A DNA stretch of 64,000 nt, from positions 18,301,292 through 18,365,291 of the forward strand of contig OZ316898.1 in assembly GCA_973895155.1 (NCBI GenBank), given 5' to 3'. A program made the translations under genes and the position numbers. Origin of the DNA: Marsupella aquatica (lineage: Eukaryota; Plantae; Marchantiophyta). The notes beneath the pieces were generated by a model. The model saw nothing but the letters and a program-made list of their open reading frames with translations. It did not search any database and had not been told where the DNA came from. Below, piece by piece: positions 59,723-64,000 of this stretch (positions within the stretch are counted from its first letter, which is position 1; every line of letters starts with the position of its first letter).

Positions 59723-62700
59723 ATTGCCCCTGTCTATTATCACACGTCAAAATGTGGTAAAGTTCTGTGTGCACTCATTGATCTAAAGCAAATTAGATCA
59801 CTCAAGCTCGGAGTACTTTCCAATTATCATAAGCAAATTACTGACGGGTAAAGTCGTCACGCCAACCAATGGAATTTGTAAAAGTGATTCATGTCAGGCA
59901 GAAAGTCCTCCAGGACCTAGTGAATTGGCATGATTGTTGCTGCTACTGAAATACACTCGAATGATTGATCATGGCTTTGATTTTTTTCTTCTAGCCAGCC
60001 GGGTTAATGTCATCTGGTGTGAAATAAAACTCATGCCAAGAATATTTGTTATTTAATATTTTTACATTTTATCTTACTAATAAAGTGCGACAACAAGCTA
60101 TTTCCCAGGGCCACATACAGTCTAGACTGAAGCCTCTAGAGATTAACTTTAGGGCGTCACTAAAGTAAATAGTGCTTTGGGGGTGGGGGTGACAATGGTG
60201 AGTTGAAAAATGCAAACTAGGTTTAGGGTAAGAGGGCTTTGAAAATGGAGTGATGCAATGGCACTGTGTGCTGTGCTCCTTCTCCACATTCGAGCTGTTG
60301 TGTGCTGTGCTCCCATTGATTGCTCACATCTATTCAAGTTCAAAGAACGGGTGGTCGGGGTAGTTTGTGACTATATCTTACAAGGTGTAAAGCTAGCCTT
60401 ACTGGTTAATTAGTGTGGTGTGTAGCTAGATGGGAAGCTACCCTAAATTCATTGGTTAGACTCCTAACTAGAGTTATGAGATCATGAGTCCCATAAATCC
60501 TTTACAACTTTCAGCCACGGTCCTGCTTTTTCACACCCTTACTAGTGCAAACAAAACATGTGCAATCTCAAGTTGTTTGATTTTTTAAGAAGGATAGCCT
60601 GATTACCTGTTCCTTGAACATAAATAAAGATACGTGACTATAAATTATAGAGATGAGGAGAGAAGACAAAACCTTGCAAAAAAAGATTACCCGTAATTAC
60701 TTGTTCATCTTATCCCCAATCCCTAGTAAATAAGGATGGCGAGAGGAGACCAAAAAAACCTGGCTTGCAGAAAAAAGGGTTTTCCTCATCCCTGTCTGCA
60801 CCCTCAATTTCAACACCCTCAGTGTCAGTTATGCCCTCACTTAAAGTTACGGACATGCCCTCACTCAGAGTTAGGGGTCTAGCTATAGCTTCTGATGGCT
60901 TAGGCTTTTGATGGCATTATTATTAGTCAGATTGCCAACTCATATGCAAGTGAACACTGAACCCATGTCGTGATGAATTGATGACATGCACTTATTCCGT
61001 TGAAACGCTCGTTTCCTTTCTCAGTTTCTCCTGAGTCCTGACTAGTGACTACTCTTGTTCTGAAATGTGAAGAGAACTGTTCATTGATTGTGAAAATCCT
61101 TGAGTCCCAGTGTCGTCACCTGGTCGGAGTTTTGGATTCCCTGCATGTCACGCTGAGCCTGTTGTCGCCTCTGCCCTCGCCTTTCCACAGACATCCACTT
61201 TCTCCAAAATATCCATAATTTAAACCGTCAGCAGGAAACAAGAACATCGTGTTGAGTTTCGTGTGTTCATCTCTTTGCATTGGGCGACTTTTGCTTTTCT
61301 CCATTGTACTACTTTGTTTGGCACTGTTTTGTAGATTGGTCCTTTGTCTTCGAGTGAATGAGCTAGTGGACGAAGATCGACCTAGGTCCAGTTGTTGGCG
61401 GCTATGGAATCAAAAAATTGACTCTAGAAACCAGCTGTTTCGTGTTTCCCGACCTCAGTCCACTTATGTCGGAATCAGCTTTGGAGGTAAAGAATTGAAA
61501 CTATTATCATAAAGATATTTCTTTCGTGTTCCCGGTCATTGTACGGTGTTAAATAGAGTTTTGGAATGCCGTAATTGTCAGTGGAATGAAGGACATTTCA
61601 CAGCCTGTTGCTTCCACTTTTGACGGCCTAGCTCGCGCAGAAATTGGACTTCTTCGCCTACCCTGCATGGCGCCGCAGCAAGTAAGGCGGCTTTGCGACA
61701 AGACAGGAAAACGGCTGAGTGTCACAACGGGGGCGTAGATGTCCTTGAATGTGGGACGGATGGTACTAGTCTACTAGAGTTATGTCAACTGTAACACTTC
61801 GTTGGATCTTTTCTTGCCTCCCTGGGAACTCTCTTCTTCGAGCGCTGAGCTGCTTGTGTACTGGAAGGTTCAGGGGAAAGTTGTACTAGAGTGCTCCAGA
61901 GAAAACAGTGTAAAGGAACATAATTGTGACGTTCCAGGGAATGGATGATTTACTATTTCCATCAGGGATGAACCTTTGTACTGGAGTGATTTGTGAGACT
62001 ACCGTAGTGCAGCCTTTTTGGACGACACCCTAGCTGTAGCTAGCTCAGAGCTTGGACACGAAGCTAAGTTGTAGCATCCGTGATGGAGGGGGTCTTGAGA
62101 CCATCTTGGTGCAGAACCTTCAACAGCCTTTTCGTCCTCGCTTTCCTGCAGTGCACAGTCGTGGCCCACCTGAGTGAAGTTCCTTCATGGAGATGAGCTA
62201 GCGGAGCTTCAACGATCGATGTTCCGAAATGGGAACTCAATGGATGATGACCACTCGCAGTCTTCCATGCGTGATCTCCTCAGGTAAACAAATACTCTCC
62301 TCGATCGAACCGAACCAGCTCATAATCTTCCCCTGTCGTACTCTCTTGTGTACATTGGCATTTACTCCAGCAGGATTTGCCTGGGGCCCTATAGTGCAAC
62401 TCGTGTGACTCTTGTTCACGATAAAATACTTGAAACTGAGGTTTACATGCACTGACGAGTAAATAGGTTTGTCAGTGTCTATTTCATATTGTTCCCGACA
62501 AATATTAACTGTTTACATGACACAGTCGTTCCCATTTGGTCAGAAGCAGATAAACATTTGTACGTGCTGCCAACCAGCTCTGCTCTTCTGAACTCACAAG
62601 CACGCCGCAGTTGTATCAATGCCAATGTTGACCAATTGAACTTCTGTCTAGTACTCTCTTGCTGTGCTTTATGCCACATTTTAAAGCAAGGCTCTGTAAT

Positions 62701-62814
62701 GGAAGCTTTAATTCGGCGTTCTTGGAATTAGGACGCCTGTCTTCCTCTTTTGACCACGTGCCTGAGGAAGACCATTCCACAAGCTAGACGAAGCCGGCAA
62801 ACACACGGCAATGT

Positions 62815-63426
62815 GCTCTTGGGAAGAGGGGTTCAGGAAGCATAAGAGCTGGACTTCCGTCAATGTGGGTGTCTTCCTCATTCGGAATTGTCAATATATG
62901 GACCAACGATCTCTTTGACAAGTGGTCCCCAATGGGACCCGATGGTCCAGTCCGAGTAGAATATGGAAAGATCTTGTCCAGTTTTCTAGAGAGGTACAGC
63001 GATTACCCTGCTCATGACCAATCGGCTCTCATCTACCTCATGCTCACAGATGAAACCGTACTTTCAAAGATCCAGCTAGTCGAGAACAATTACATTAGCA
63101 GTGGGTGGTGGGTTGGTGTGGTGGACACCTTCGAGAGCTCCATTGAGAATTATCATCCGGGGTTGGGGGATAAAAGGTGGCCGTGGATCACACACTTCAC
63201 GGGCTGTTCGCCATGCAGTGGCGGCAACAATCCCGCATTCTCTTACGAGCAGTGCCTGAGGAACATTACCAAAGCCTTCAATTTTGCAGGAAACCAGGTG
63301 CTGGCGTACATGGGGTATCAATACGAGACCCTCTGGTCCACAACAATTGTCAGAACCAGAAATGAAACAACTCGACCTTTGGACTTTGTGGGCATGAATC
63401 CGTGGAAGAAAAAATGGCTCAACTAG
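62815..63426 (+). pseudogene. 5'-truncated, frameshifted GT34 fragment in inverted orientation
   Basis: KSWTSVNVGVFLIRNCQ in one frame shifts to WTNDLFDKWSPMGP...DQSAL...HFTGC...FNFAGNQVL; no DxD-containing N-terminal half seen upstream. Confidence 0.85.
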
Positions 63427-63874
63427 CTGCTGACACGGGAGCCAATTCGTCATGATGGCCATACGAACGTCACGGTTGATAAGAACTGCGGTCTAAGTTT
63501 CCGCTTGATCGATGTCAGGTCACCAACTAAAGAGAGGTGACTTAGACCCCATTTCTATCGCATCTGCACTCTACTAGGTGTGCACCAGATCTAACACTTT
63601 CAATCGGAGGGCAAAGATGCGCATATTCTGTGATCGAGGTCCTCACTCTGGGCTTATTGTAAAGTTCTCTGGAGTAGCGGCGGTTCAGAGTTTCGGCAAG
63701 CTGCACGATTCCATTCCATGAAGTTCCTGACAAATGTACTGGACAGCACAAAGTTGAGATTCCGATTTGACGAAGCACCTAAAGCGTTCCAGCAGAGGGG
63801 CACGCAGTAGCGTGATTTAGAACTGTAGCAAGCTAAATCTCAGGCTACAGTTCCAAGCTAATTTGTTGATGCAA

Positions 63875-63903
63875 GGGTTTAGGGTTTAGGGTTTAGAGGT
63901 TTA
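63875..63903. repeat. Short interstitial telomeric repeat (GGGTTTA)n
   Basis: GGGTTTAGGGTTTAGGGTTTAGAGGTTTA. Confidence 0.8.
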
Positions 63904-64000
63904 AACGTTAATTTGTTGATGCAATAGAATATCTGTGGGTCCGAAACTGTGAAAAGGTGAAAGTGGGCGAATTTTGCTGGGTTGAATTCGGTTCCATGCT

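Overview
Eukaryotic land-plant genomic DNA with GT-AG introns and TTTAGGG telomere-type repeats. The gene and TE content suggests a bryophyte or other non-seed plant (inference). The window holds a cluster of GT34 glycosyltransferase genes (two intact two-exon genes, two fragments), a ~4 kb segmental duplication with copy-specific MITE insertions, and a degraded Ty1/Copia element. It also holds an atypical NLR locus in which an F-box/PP2-lectin exon can splice in frame onto NB-ARC and LRR exons. The most striking object is a 12.0 kb TIR DNA transposon (6800-18815) nested in the Copia gag. It has CACAGTG termini, 33-bp TIRs and arrays of a ~43-bp palindrome. It encodes a Sola-like DDD transposase on the minus strand and, converging on it, cargo genes: an F-box-like protein and a multi-exon gene with a ParB/Srx-like domain, a prokaryote-type beta-class N6A/N4C DNA methyltransferase and a Ulp1/C48 SUMO-protease domain. 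This copy is pseudogenised, mainly by in-frame TAG/TGA stops explicable as C>T changes. All domain calls come from motif recognition by eye; no database searches were run.
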